From assembly GCA_964479645.1 (NCBI GenBank), contig CAYZMW010000002.1, forward strand, positions 1-60,150: 60,150 bases of DNA, written 5' to 3'. The stretch's first letter is position 1. Every line of letters starts with the position of its first letter. Below are positions 9,543 to 19,501 of the stretch, one piece after another. Source of the stretch: an uncultured Melioribacter sp. (GTDB lineage Bacteria; Bacteroidota; Ignavibacteria; Ignavibacteriales; Melioribacteraceae). A program made the translations under genes and the position numbers. The notes beneath the pieces were generated by a model, which saw only the letters and a list, made by a program, of their open reading frames with translations, made no database searches and was not told the DNA's origin.

Positions 9543-10976
9543 ATGGAAAAAATTACCGTAGGCGAAAAAATCGCCGAATATATAATTTCGCGTTTCGGCG
9601 AAGAATATTTGAGAAAATATGAAGAATACATTAATTCGGATTTTACTCCGTACGTGCGTTTCCCCGCAAGAGCAAATCATTCGGAACTTATCGAACGACT
9701 TGAAAAATACGGAATAAAACTCGAAAGGGTTTCGGGTATCCCTTACGCGTTTCGCGTACTCGAAGGAAAAGAAAATCTCGGAAAAACGCTTGAATATACA
9801 ATCGGGAAATACTACATTCAAAGCCTATCATCGATGATTCCGCCGATTGCGCTTGCGCCTACGCGTGAGGACGTTACGCTCGACCTCGCCGCGGCACCCG
9901 GCTCCAAAACCACGCAACTTTCCGACTTGATGGAGAACCGCGGCACGCTCTATGCGAACGAATCGAATTTGGACAGAATTAAAATGCTTGTTCATAATCT
10001 CGACAGAATGAATCTTGTGAATTTGGGCGTAATAAAACATCGCGGCGAAAAATTGAGCAAAATTTTCGAAAATCTTTTTACAAAAGTTTTGGTTGATGCG
10101 CCCTGTAGCGCTCTCGGGATTTTGCAGAAGAAAAACGAAGTCAGCGGCTGGTGGAAACTTTCGCAAGCGGAAAAACTGGCGGAACTTCAATATCGTCTTT
10201 TGGTTAGCGCCATTAAGATGGCTAAAGTCGGGGCGGAAATCGTTTATTCCACTTGCACTCTCACGCTTGAAGAAAACGAACTTGTGGTTAATAAAATTTT
10301 GAAAAAATATCCCGTCGAACTTACCGATATTGAACTTCCGATTAAATCCGTCCCCGGATTTACGAAATACGGCGACGAAGCGTTAAATCCGGATTTGGCG
10401 AAAACACACAGAATAATTCCTTGGGAAAACAATTCGGAAGGATTTTTCGTTTGCAAATTCGTAAAAATCGCCGAAACCGAACCGATGGAGAAAACCGAAA
10501 TTGCGAAAAAGGGAATTTCTTTCGTTTCGCACAATCACAGAAGCGTTAAGAAATATCTTGAAAATGTTTCCGAAAGGTTCGATATTTCGAGGGGTGCTTT
10601 TGAGGAATTTCAATTTTTAGTCAAGAAAAACGAAATTTATTTTCTCACAAGAGATTTCGAGGTTGAGAATATTGATGCGTTTTTGCGTATTGGAGCGCGC
10701 TTCGGAAAAATAGACAAACGCGACGTTGCTCATATTCATACGCTTGCGGCGCAAATACTCGGCAAAAAAGCGGGGAAAAATGTTGTGGAACTCGATACGG
10801 AGGACGTGAAAATTTATTTGCAAGGCGGAACGGTGAAAAAAAGTTGGGAACCCTTCGGACAAAAGATCGTTAAATACGACGGGAATATTATCGGAACGGG
10901 GATAGCATATGCCGACGGATTGAAAAGTCAGTTCCCTCGCGCGCTAAGAACTCACAATATCGTTTTCCCGAAATAG
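9543..10976 (+). CDS. NOL1/NOP2/Sun-family rRNA m5C methyltransferase (RsmF-like)
   Basis: SAM-binding motif DLAAAPGSKTTQL and catalytic Cys motifs DAPCSALG and YSTCTL. It has an extra C-terminal domain and no NusB-like N-domain, so it looks closer to RsmF than to RsmB. Confidence 0.8.
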   Translation: MEKITVGEKIAEYIISRFGEEYLRKYEEYINSDFTPYVRFPARANHSELIERLEKYGIKLERVSGIPYAFRVLEGKENLGKTLEYTIGKYYIQSLSSMIPPIALAPTREDVTLDLAAAPGSKTTQLSDLMENRGTLYANESNLDRIKMLVHNLDRMNLVNLGVIKHRGEKLSKIFENLFTKVLVDAPCSALGILQKKNEVSGWWKLSQAEKLAELQYRLLVSAIKMAKVGAEIVYSTCTLTLEENELVVNKILKKYPVELTDIELPIKSVPGFTKYGDEALNPDLAKTHRIIPWENNSEGFFVCKFVKIAETEPMEKTEIAKKGISFVSHNHRSVKKYLENVSERFDISRGAFEEFQFLVKKNEIYFLTRDFEVENIDAFLRIGARFGKIDKRDVAHIHTLAAQILGKKAGKNVVELDTEDVKIYLQGGTVKKSWEPFGQKIVKYDGNIIGTGIAYADGLKSQFPRALRTHNIVFPK

Positions 10977-11029
10977 TGTTGTAAATCACGGAAAAATTGT
11001 ACTGAAATAGTTATTATATAAACGGAATT

Positions 11030-11236
11030 ATGAAATCAAGACTTACAAATATCGGAATTAACAAATCGTGGAGTCCCAAAGAGGGCGACTACGTTCGCGA
11101 TAAATATGAATATGACAAATCGCATGAAGAAATTGTGGCGAAAGAAAAAAAGATTAAAAGAATATTAAATGTCGTTTTCTTCGTTTTTATGCTCGCCGTG
11201 ATTGCCGGCGTGTTGCACTTAATAACTTCGGCATAG
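11030..11236 (+). CDS. hypothetical small tail-anchored membrane protein
   Basis: 68 aa: a charged N-terminal half and a single C-terminal TM (VVFFVFMLAVIAGVLHLI). No family recognised. Confidence 0.35.
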   Translation: MKSRLTNIGINKSWSPKEGDYVRDKYEYDKSHEEIVAKEKKIKRILNVVFFVFMLAVIAGVLHLITSA

Positions 11237-11320
11237 TAAAATTTGTTTCTCGACTGAATTTTTCCTTCCGAAATTACTATATTTAAACTTTGCATTTAAA
11301 ACTTTACGGGCAGAAGGACT

Positions 11321-11788
11321 ATGATGTTATCCGAAATATTGGACCGAGAACGAATTTTATTTGATGCGCATTTTTCGAACAAGGACGAGGCGATTATTGC
11401 TTTGGTCGATACGCTGAAGGGCGCGCCTGGCGTTAAAAATCTTGAAGAAATAAAAAAATCGGTTCTTGAAAGAGAGAAAATTTTATCGACGGGAGTCGGA
11501 AACGGCTTCGCAATTCCGCACGCAAAAACAAACGCCGTCGAGGGTTTTTTACTTGCCGTTGCAAAACTTGCCGAACCGATTGATTTCAATTCGCACGACG
11601 GAAAGCCCGTGCGATTAATCTTTTTGCTTGTCGGAAAAGAAAACATGGTAAGCGAGCATATTAAAATGCTCAGCCGTATTTCGCGATTGATAAATAACGA
11701 CGAATTCAGAGAAAAGTTGTTTAAATCAACCTCGGCGGAAGAACTTTACGAGTTGCTCAAGGAAGAAGAAAAAAAATATTTTTCATAA
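11321..11788 (+). CDS. ptsN: PTS EIIA-type-2 domain protein (PtsN/EIIA-Ntr-like)
   Basis: GVGNGFAIPHAK contains the phosphorylatable His of the PTS_EIIA_2 fold. The size (155 aa) is typical. Confidence 0.7.
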   Translation: MMLSEILDRERILFDAHFSNKDEAIIALVDTLKGAPGVKNLEEIKKSVLEREKILSTGVGNGFAIPHAKTNAVEGFLLAVAKLAEPIDFNSHDGKPVRLIFLLVGKENMVSEHIKMLSRISRLINNDEFREKLFKSTSAEELYELLKEEEKKYFS

Positions 11789-11799
11789 TCGAGAGAAAA

Positions 11800-13122
11800 A
11801 TGATAAAAGCGATTAAAGGGACAAAAGACATTTTTCAGCCGGAAATTTTCAATTGGAATGTCCTTGAAAATTTAATTCTTGAAACCTTTTTGAATTATAA
11901 TTACTCCGAAATTCGCACGCCGATTTTCGAGGAAACCGCTCTTTTCGCACGTAGTATAGGAGAAGCGACCGATATTGTGGGAAAAGAGATGTACACATTT
12001 ACGGATAAAGGGGGAACAAGTCTTACGCTCAAGCCCGAAATGACGGCTTCGGTGATGCGCGCGGTCTTGGAACATTCCTTACATAAAAAACAACCTTTGA
12101 ATAAATTCTTTTACATTTCGCCGATGTTCAGACAGGAGCGTCCGCAAGCGGGAAGATTGCGCCAATTTCATCAATTCGGCGCGGAAGCAATCGGAAGCAA
12201 CGACCCTTATCTTGATGCGGAAATGATTATGCTTCCCTACATTATTCTTGCTTCTCTCGGGTTAACGAATTTTAAAATCAAAATAAACACGCTCGGTTCA
12301 CCGAAGGAACGCGAACAGTATAAACTTGTTCTGCGAAATTATTTGCAACCGAAATTGAACGATTTGAGCGAAGAAAGTCGAAAACGTTTTGAAACGAATA
12401 TTTTGCGAATTTTCGACAGCAAAGATGCGCGCGACATTGAAATTATGAAAGACGCGCCGAAAATCGAAGATTATATCTCGGATGCCGATAGAGAGCATTT
12501 CGAAAAAGTGCTTGCGGTTCTGGCGGTTTCGCAACTTGATTTTGAAATAGATCACACGCTTGTGCGCGGTTTGGATTATTACACGCACACCACGTTCGAA
12601 ATAGTCAGCGATAGCGTGGGCGCTCAAAGTGCGCTTTGCGGCGGAGGAAGATATAATTTGCTTTCGTCGCAACTCGGCGGTCCCGAAATTCCCGCGGTCG
12701 GATTCGCCGCCGGAATGGAAAGAATTTTGCTCGCGGTGAAAAACGAAAATATTACTCTTGCCGATAAAAATTTCATTGACACTTACGTTGTTGTTACGGA
12801 TAAGGAAATGAAAAATTCCGCGTATAGTTTTACAACGTATCTTCGGATGGAAGGAATTCGTACGGATATGGATTTTCTCGGGCGAAGCGTAAAAGCGCAA
12901 ATGCGCGAGGCTAATCGTTTGAACGCTCGTTACGTTCTCTTTATCGGTGAAGAATTAAGCGAAAACAAGGTTATTCTGAAGAATATGGAAACGGGCGAGC
13001 AAACCGAATTCGATTTGCAGGAAGAGTTGGAAGAACTTATTGACGAAATCATTCTCGGCGACCTTTCCGATGAAGATATCGAAGATGAGGATTTCCCTTT
13101 CGACGACCCTTCGCTTAATTGA
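11800..13122 (+). CDS. hisS: histidine--tRNA ligase
   Basis: Class II motifs FRQERPQAGRLRQFHQFG, ALCGGGRYNLL and AVGFAAGMERI, plus a C-terminal anticodon-binding domain. Confidence 0.95.
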   Translation: MIKAIKGTKDIFQPEIFNWNVLENLILETFLNYNYSEIRTPIFEETALFARSIGEATDIVGKEMYTFTDKGGTSLTLKPEMTASVMRAVLEHSLHKKQPLNKFFYISPMFRQERPQAGRLRQFHQFGAEAIGSNDPYLDAEMIMLPYIILASLGLTNFKIKINTLGSPKEREQYKLVLRNYLQPKLNDLSEESRKRFETNILRIFDSKDARDIEIMKDAPKIEDYISDADREHFEKVLAVLAVSQLDFEIDHTLVRGLDYYTHTTFEIVSDSVGAQSALCGGGRYNLLSSQLGGPEIPAVGFAAGMERILLAVKNENITLADKNFIDTYVVVTDKEMKNSAYSFTTYLRMEGIRTDMDFLGRSVKAQMREANRLNARYVLFIGEELSENKVILKNMETGEQTEFDLQEELEELIDEIILGDLSDEDIEDEDFPFDDPSLN

Positions 13123-13154
13123 TTGCGCGAAGTAAGCGTGGCGAGAGAAGTTTT

Positions 13155-13889
13155 ATGAAAAAGATTTACGGACGCAAACCCGTTCTCGAAGCCTTGAATT
13201 CCGGGCGCGAACTCGATAAAATAATTTTAAATTTCACCGCGCACAATCCCGCAATTGAAAAAATAATCGTCGCCGCAAAAAAACGAGGCGTAAAAGTAAC
13301 TAAACTTTCCCCGAAGAAATTCGCCCAATACGAAAATCGTAAACAAAATTCGCAAGGCGTAATCGCCTTTGTTTCGGATTTGAAATCGTATTCCGTGGAG
13401 GATTTAATTCTTGAAAAACCGCGCGGAAAATTTCCGCTTATTTTGGTTTTGGACACTATTCAGGACACACACAATCTCGGCGCGATTTTCCGAACCGCCG
13501 AAGCGGCGGGAGTTGACGGAATAATTGTTACCGAGAACAAATCGGCGCCGATAAATGAAACCGTGGAGAAAACGTCGGCGGGCGCGCTTTCGTATCTCAA
13601 AATTGCGAAAGTGCAAAATCTCGCCAACGCTTTGCGTACGTTGAAAGAAAACGGCTTTTGGGTAATCGGCACGGCGCTCGGAGCGGAAAAAAAATATGAC
13701 GAAATCGATTACACCGCCCCGATTGCATTGGTTATGGGCAACGAGGAAAAAGGAATAAGAAAACTTACCGCGCAACTTTGCGACGAACTTGTTTCAATAC
13801 CGATGGTCGGGGAAATTCAATCGCTAAATGTTTCCGTGGCGACGGGGATTTTACTTTACGAAATTTTGAGACAAAGAAAAGAAAGATAG
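13155..13889 (+). CDS. rlmB: SpoU/TrmH-family 23S rRNA 2'-O-methyltransferase (RlmB-like)
   Basis: MKKIYGRKPVLEAL substrate-binding N-domain. SpoU motifs NLGAIFRTAEAAG, LVMGNEEKGI and IPMVGEIQSLNVSVATGILLYE. ATG 13155 is preferred over the ORF-track 13119, which overlaps hisS. Confidence 0.8.
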   Translation: MKKIYGRKPVLEALNSGRELDKIILNFTAHNPAIEKIIVAAKKRGVKVTKLSPKKFAQYENRKQNSQGVIAFVSDLKSYSVEDLILEKPRGKFPLILVLDTIQDTHNLGAIFRTAEAAGVDGIIVTENKSAPINETVEKTSAGALSYLKIAKVQNLANALRTLKENGFWVIGTALGAEKKYDEIDYTAPIALVMGNEEKGIRKLTAQLCDELVSIPMVGEIQSLNVSVATGILLYEILRQRKER

Positions 13890-13916
13890 AAAATTTATCT
13901 TTTCGCAGTTACTTTT

Positions 13917-15218
13917 TTATTCGACTTCGTTTGCTTGAAACGTTCGTGTTTCACCTATTTTCAAAAATGTTAAAATCATCAATCCGATAAGGAAGAAAAT
14001 GCCGACTGAAGAAAGCGCGAAACGTTGGCTTCCCGTGAGGTAACTTACCAAGCCGAAGACAAAAGGTCCCAAAATTGCCGAACTTTTTCCGAACAACGAG
14101 AAAAAGCCGAAGAACTCGGTCTTTTTATCTTCGGGCGTGAGTTTGGACATCAAACTGCGACTGATTGATTGCGTCGCGCCGAGAACGCTTCCCGAAGCGA
14201 GTCCCACAACGTAGAAACTCGTTTTAATGAATTCGCTCGGTTTTTCTCCCAAGATTTTCGACGCGTATTTAACGAATTCGCCTTCAGGGTCGCTTGAAAT
14301 AAACGCGAAGACGATTATTCCGAGCCAAATTAAAAGGGTAAGCGTAAGCGTTTCTTTTTGTCCCCACGAATCGGAAAGAATGCCGAAGAGAGCCGCGCCG
14401 AGAATAGCGGTCGTTTGCACAATCAGAAAAAAGAAAATTAACTCGGTTTGAGAAAAGCGCAATGTGGAAGAGGCGTAGTTTCCCGCGAAAAAAATCACCG
14501 TGTTGACGCCTTCGATATAAAAGAAAAACGCAAGAAGAAAGACGGAAAGTTGTTTGTAATATTTCAAATGCTTGATTGTAAAAAGAACGCGTTCGAGTCC
14601 GATTGCAAAATAAGATTTTTCGCGCGGCACGTTTTTGCGAGAATCGGGCAAAAAGAAAAAAAGCGGCGCGGCGAAGACAAGGAAAAAAAGCGCGGCGAGC
14701 GGGAAGGTGATTTTCACCATATTGTTTTGAATAAAAGGATACGCAAGCGCAAGCGTAACGAGAGAACCGAGATATCCCATTGCGAAACCGTAACCGCTTA
14801 CGCGTCCGTAATTTTTCGGTGTTGTTATTTCGGGCAAAAAGGCATCGTAGAAAACCAATCCCGCCTCGAAACCGATATTTGCGAGAATGAAAAGAGTTAA
14901 GCCGAGAAAAACTTCGCCGCGGTCAACAAAATAAAGCGAAGCGGTTGCCGCGATACTTAGTAAGGTGAAGCCGAGGAGAAAGCGTTTTTTCCCCGCCGAG
15001 TGGTCGGCGATTGCGCCGAGTATCGGAGAAATCAGCGCGGTAATTATCATTGAAATTCCGATTCCGTAACTCCAATACAAATCTCCAATCGGTTTTCCTT
15101 CCGCAACGACGTTCTTAAAGTAAACGGCATAAATGAGCGTTACTACTACGATTGAGTATGATGTGTTTGCGAAATCGAAAAGCGTCCAAATGAATATTTT
15201 TTTGTCGCTCTTTTTCAA
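13917..15218 (-). CDS. MFS transporter (UMF1/Atg22-like)
   Basis: About 12 predicted TM segments. The N-terminus WTLFDFANTSYSIVVVT is typical of the UMF1/Atg22 MFS subfamily. Confidence 0.7.
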   Translation of the reverse strand: MKKSDKKIFIWTLFDFANTSYSIVVVTLIYAVYFKNVVAEGKPIGDLYWSYGIGISMIITALISPILGAIADHSAGKKRFLLGFTLLSIAATASLYFVDRGEVFLGLTLFILANIGFEAGLVFYDAFLPEITTPKNYGRVSGYGFAMGYLGSLVTLALAYPFIQNNMVKITFPLAALFFLVFAAPLFFFLPDSRKNVPREKSYFAIGLERVLFTIKHLKYYKQLSVFLLAFFFYIEGVNTVIFFAGNYASSTLRFSQTELIFFFLIVQTTAILGAALFGILSDSWGQKETLTLTLLIWLGIIVFAFISSDPEGEFVKYASKILGEKPSEFIKTSFYVVGLASGSVLGATQSISRSLMSKLTPEDKKTEFFGFFSLFGKSSAILGPFVFGLVSYLTGSQRFALSSVGIFFLIGLMILTFLKIGETRTFQANEVE

Positions 15219-15703
15219 TTTTTCTTTTGTTTCTTCGGCAGAGTTTCGTCGATTAATCCGCGCCCGAACTTATTGAGTTTGCCGGATTTCTTCAAATCGT
15301 TTAAAATCGAATCGAGAATTCCGTTGATGAATTTTCCGCTTTTCGTCGTGCTGAATTCTTTCGAAATTTCAATCATTTCGTTAATGGAAACTTTCGGCGG
15401 AATATCGGGGAAGTAAAGAATTTCGGCAATCCCCATTCTTAAAAGCAAACGGTCGATAAGCGCGATGCGTTCGAGTTCCCAATTGCTCGCTTTTTGTTTG
15501 ATGAAATCGTCGAGCGTTTCGCGATTTGCGATGACCTTACGCACGAGCGAACGACTGAATTCGATTTCGTTTTCGCTTTCCATATCGTCGTAAAAATTGG
15601 CAATCAAATCCGCGTAAGCGTCGGGGTTCAATTCAAGCGCATATAAAATTTGAAGCGTTTTTTCGCGCGCTTTTCTTCTTTTCGATTTTATTTTTTTCAG
15701 CAT
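15215..15703 (-). CDS. nusB: transcription antitermination factor NusB
   Basis: RRKAREKTLQILYALE N-terminus, ERIALIDRLLLRMGIAEILY core, typical size. Confidence 0.85.
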   Translation of the reverse strand: MLKKIKSKRRKAREKTLQILYALELNPDAYADLIANFYDDMESENEIEFSRSLVRKVIANRETLDDFIKQKASNWELERIALIDRLLLRMGIAEILYFPDIPPKVSINEMIEISKEFSTTKSGKFINGILDSILNDLKKSGKLNKFGRGLIDETLPKKQKKN

Positions 15704-16815
15704 TATTTTCTCGCGATTTCTCCGAATCTTCCCGAAAATCTCGATTCGCCCGTGTAAATGTTTTTTAAACTCGCAACCATTTTCAAACGTTCTTCGGCAA
15801 GTCGATTTGCGGCTTCGAGCGAAGTGATTTGCGCGTTTTCGGCGAGGTCGAACACTCTGATAAGCGTGTCGTAAATTCCTTCGGCTTGTCGCAACGCTCT
15901 GTCCTGACGATAGCCTTCGAGTTCGTTTGCGACGTTAATTAATCCGCCCGCGTTGATTACGTAATCGGGCGCGTAAGAAATTCCCTTTTCCGCGAGCGCT
16001 TTGCAATCTTCGTTTTCATCCGCCAACTGATTATTTGCGGAGCCCGCGACAATATCGAATTTCATTTGCTCGATGGTTTCTTTATTGATTGTTCCCCCGA
16101 GAGCGCACGGCGCGAAAATTTCCGCGTCAACCGAATAAATTTCTTCGGGTTTTACAATATGCGCTTTAACGGTGGAAATTATTTTGCGAAGTTTTTCTTC
16201 GTTTTTATCCGTAATTATTATTTGCGCTCCTTCGTGATAAAGATGCTCGACGAGATAACTTGCAACATTTCCCGCGCCTTGAATTGCAACTTTTTTGCCG
16301 CGCAGCGAATCGTAGCCCCAGCGTTTTTTAGCCGTTGCTTTCATTCCGACGTAAACGCCGTAAGCCGTAACGGGCGAAGGGTCGCCGGAACCGCCGAGCG
16401 CTTTAGAAATTCCGGCTACGAATTTCGTTTCCATTCGTACGTATTCCATATCGCGCACGTTCGTGCCTACGTCTTCCGCCGTAATGTAACGTCCGCCGAG
16501 GCTATCGACGTATTTTCCGAATGTCCTGAAAAGTTTTTCCGATTTATCTTTTTTCGGGTCGCCAATTATCACCGCGTTTCCGCCACCGAGATTAAGTCCG
16601 GAAATTGCGGATTTGTACGTCATTGCGCGAGCCATTCGGAGAGCGTCGAGAAGTGCGTCGTTAACCGTATCGTATGGTCTCATGCGCGTTCCGCCGATTG
16701 CGGGACCGAGCGTCGTATCGTGAATGGCGATAATGCCGCGCAACCCGGCTTCTTTATTCGAGCACAAAACCATTTGTTCGTGATTGTGCTTTTCCAACAT
16801 TTCAAATTGAAACAT
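15703..16815 (-). CDS. Leu/Val/Phe (branched-chain amino acid) dehydrogenase
   Basis: IAIHDTTLGPAIGGTRM, GLNLGGGNAVIIGDP and the Rossmann motif GAGNVA. ATG at 16815 is preceded by GAGGT. The ORF-track TTG at 16827 is less likely. Confidence 0.85.
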   Translation of the reverse strand: MFQFEMLEKHNHEQMVLCSNKEAGLRGIIAIHDTTLGPAIGGTRMRPYDTVNDALLDALRMARAMTYKSAISGLNLGGGNAVIIGDPKKDKSEKLFRTFGKYVDSLGGRYITAEDVGTNVRDMEYVRMETKFVAGISKALGGSGDPSPVTAYGVYVGMKATAKKRWGYDSLRGKKVAIQGAGNVASYLVEHLYHEGAQIIITDKNEEKLRKIISTVKAHIVKPEEIYSVDAEIFAPCALGGTINKETIEQMKFDIVAGSANNQLADENEDCKALAEKGISYAPDYVINAGGLINVANELEGYRQDRALRQAEGIYDTLIRVFDLAENAQITSLEAANRLAEERLKMVASLKNIYTGESRFSGRFGEIARK

Positions 16816-16845
16816 ACGATACCTCAAAAATAAAAATTAAGTTTT

Positions 16846-17799
16846 CTAAATTGCAAAAAAGAGAAATAATAGCAAAGCGAGAGAATCGCGAATTCTGAAA
16901 TAAACTTTCTTTTCGAACCGCAACGCGGCGCCCGAGGAAACCGTTGCAACGGGAACGCGCAGAAATTTCGCCATTGCTTGAACGCGGCGCAAATGAAAAG
17001 CGTCGGAAACAACGATAAAAGTTACGCTTTTCCCTTCCGAAAGTTTTCGCAAAAATTTAATTTGCTCGAAAGTGGACGTCGTTTTCTCTTCCGATATTAA
17101 ATCTTTTTCGGAAACGCCCGCGCGCAAAAGATAATCGAAAGAAACTCTCGCTTCGCTTTTTTCGCCCGGCGCCGCTCCGCCCGTGAGTAAAATTTTTCGA
17201 ACGATTTTTTTCTCGTAAAGTTCGCGCGCTTTTTCTATTCGCGCTTTCAAGACGGGGAAAGGCTTATCGCCTTTGACCGCCGCGCCGAGAACGACCGCGT
17301 AATCGAAAGTTTTTTCGCCAGAGTAAATTTGTCCGTCGTCCGAATAAGTCAGATTAAAATAAATCCCCGCCGCAAGCAAAACCGCTATGACAAGCGTTTC
17401 CGAAAATATCGTTCGAACGGCGGAAAATTTTCCCGTAAAAGGACGAATGACAAAATAGAGCGTAAGAAAAAGCGAAATTAAAAACACGGCGGAATAACTT
17501 GCCGCAACGACGCTTTTAGAAAGCGGATAACCGAGGAAATATTTTTCCGAAAAAAACGTGACGCGGCGGCTTGCTTCGGCGAACGCGATAAAGAAAATGT
17601 TCGTTATCGCCAACGTGGACGGCAATTTCGCTTTTTTATTTTTCGAAAAAACGAAGGAAAGAGTGAAGAGAAGCATTTCGGACAAGTAAAAATAATCGGC
17701 GAAATTGCTCGGCGGGAAAGCGGAAGATAGAATGTCGTTGTTAAAATATCTTTGAAAATAAAGATAGAGTAAAACTAAAAGATTAATGACGAAAATCAT
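16846..17799 (-). CDS. multi-TM membrane protein with C-terminal DUF218 (YdcF/SanA/ElyC-like) domain
   Basis: About 5 N-terminal TM segments, then DYAVVLGAAV...ILLTGGA...TSTFEQ...FIVVSDAFHLRR, typical of DUF218. ATGA overlap with the upstream ABC ATPase gene. Confidence 0.7.
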   Translation of the reverse strand: MIFVINLLVLLYLYFQRYFNNDILSSAFPPSNFADYFYLSEMLLFTLSFVFSKNKKAKLPSTLAITNIFFIAFAEASRRVTFFSEKYFLGYPLSKSVVAASYSAVFLISLFLTLYFVIRPFTGKFSAVRTIFSETLVIAVLLAAGIYFNLTYSDDGQIYSGEKTFDYAVVLGAAVKGDKPFPVLKARIEKARELYEKKIVRKILLTGGAAPGEKSEARVSFDYLLRAGVSEKDLISEEKTTSTFEQIKFLRKLSEGKSVTFIVVSDAFHLRRVQAMAKFLRVPVATVSSGAALRFEKKVYFRIRDSLALLLFLFFAI

Positions 17800-18569
17800 T
17801 TCCGCCTTGTGATTGTAACGTGAATATTTTCTCCCTCTTCGGAAATGAAAGCGTTTACACCGAAATGCTTTTTTATTTTTTCGCTCGTTAAAATTTCTTT
17901 TTTAGGAAATTTCGTCGCCTCGGCGTTTTCCAATAGAATCACACTTTCGGCGAACATTCCCGTTAAATTTAAATCGTGCGAGACAGTCAGAATTGTCAAG
18001 CCTTGCTCTTGATTTAATTTTTTCAGAAACTCGAAAATCGAAATTTGATGTTCGATGTCGAGGAACGCGCTCGGCTCGTCGAGAAGCAGAATTTTCGGCT
18101 CTTGCGAAAGCGCGCGAGCAATCATCACGCGGCGCAATTCTCCGCCGGAAATTTCCGTGATGCTTTTCTCCGCAAGATTTTTTATTCCGAGCAAAAGCAA
18201 GTTCTTTTCAACGATTTCTTTGTCTCTGTTTTTCAAGATGCCGTAAAAATTCAGATACGGCGTTCTGCCCGTCGCGACGAAATCGAACACGGAAAACGGG
18301 AAGGCGGGCGAATAATTTTGCGGGACGTAAGCGAGTGTGCGCGCAAATTCCTTCGCGGAAAACCGCTCCGAATTTTCTCCGTCGAATAAAACCTCGCCGC
18401 TTTGCGGTTCGAGTATGCGCGCAATGATTTTCAGCAAAGTGGATTTGCCGCTCCCGTTCAAGCCGATTACGAAAGCGAACTCTCCGCTTTGAATTTCGAA
18501 AGAAACATTGTCCAATACGCGCTTTCCTTTCGGGTATCCGAAGCGTATTTTTTGCAGTTCTATTTTCAT
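17796..18569 (-). CDS. ABC transporter ATP-binding protein (FepC/BtuD/FecE-like)
   Basis: Walker A GLNGSGKST, signature ISGGELRR, Walker B LLLDEP, H-loop VSHD. Confidence 0.85.
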   Translation of the reverse strand: MKIELQKIRFGYPKGKRVLDNVSFEIQSGEFAFVIGLNGSGKSTLLKIIARILEPQSGEVLFDGENSERFSAKEFARTLAYVPQNYSPAFPFSVFDFVATGRTPYLNFYGILKNRDKEIVEKNLLLLGIKNLAEKSITEISGGELRRVMIARALSQEPKILLLDEPSAFLDIEHQISIFEFLKKLNQEQGLTILTVSHDLNLTGMFAESVILLENAEATKFPKKEILTSEKIKKHFGVNAFISEEGENIHVTITRRK

Positions 18570-18766
18570 TTACTCGTTCTCATACGATTTCCAAAAATAA
18601 GAATTTTTATTTTCGTATTTAACAAACTTACCTTCGCCGCCGTGAAAATTCATCGATTATCGGGGATATTTAAAATAAATTTCGATTGATGTTTTTTAAT
18701 TTGAGAGATAACTTTATATTGCAACGCTAATTCTTGTAAACACGCAAAATTAAGATTACATCCGAA

Positions 18767-19501
18767 TTGAAAAATCTAATCAAAAACGCGTTAATCGATC
18801 AAAAGGAAATTTTCGGCGACGAGCTTTTTACGTCGGAAATAGAGGTGAAGCCCGTGAAAAAAGAAAGAAAAACGGAATATCGTTCCGTATCCGTAGAGCC
18901 TTCGTTTGTTACCGAGCCGAGTTTCGAGTTCGAACATGTAAAATCGCTCGAACAACTTTACGACGAAATTCACACTTGTCAGCGTTGCGCTCTCGGAAAA
19001 ACAAGGACGAAATTCGTATTCGGGACGGGAAATCCGAACGCTGACGTAATGTTAATCGGTGAAGCGCCCGGAGCGGACGAAGACAGAACGGGAGAGCCTT
19101 TTGTGGGACGCGCGGGCAAACTTCTTACGGATATTCTGAAAGCGATAAATTTTACGCGCGACGAAGTTTACATTGCGAACATTTTGAAATGTCGTCCGCC
19201 GAATAATCGCGACCCGCTTCCTTCCGAACGTGAAATGTGCATGCCCTATTTGATGAAGCAAATAGAATTGATTAAGCCGAAATTGATTTTGTGTTTGGGA
19301 CGCATTGCCGCGACCACGCTTTTGAACAAAAAACTTTCGCTTACGAAAATGCGCGGCGAAGTCTTCGATTTTTACGGAGTTAAATTAATGGTAACGTATC
19401 ACCCCGCGGCGCTTTTGAGAAATCCGCACTGGAAACGACCCGTGTGGGAAGACGTTCAGAAATTCAGAAAATTATATGACGAGATAAAAGCAAATGAGTA
19501 A
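18767..19501 (+). CDS. family 4 uracil-DNA glycosylase
   Basis: CQRCAL Cys motif, [23 protein letters not shown], and the HPAALLR C-terminal motif. N-terminal ~60-aa extension. TTG start. Confidence 0.85.
   Translation: MKNLIKNALIDQKEIFGDELFTSEIEVKPVKKERKTEYRSVSVEPSFVTEPSFEFEHVKSLEQLYDEIHTCQRCALGKTRTKFVFGTGNPNADVMLIGEAPGADEDRTGEPFVGRAGKLLTDILKAINFTRDEVYIANILKCRPPNNRDPLPSEREMCMPYLMKQIELIKPKLILCLGRIAATTLLNKKLSLTKMRGEVFDFYGVKLMVTYHPAALLRNPHWKRPVWEDVQKFRKLYDEIKANE

Noticed and set aside
18570-18766. Cobalamin or other riboswitch upstream of the BtuD/FepC-like ATPase
   Set aside because: I found no B12-box-like GCCACTG (or its complement) and no extended conserved-looking structure. The region is an AT-rich divergent promoter spacer.
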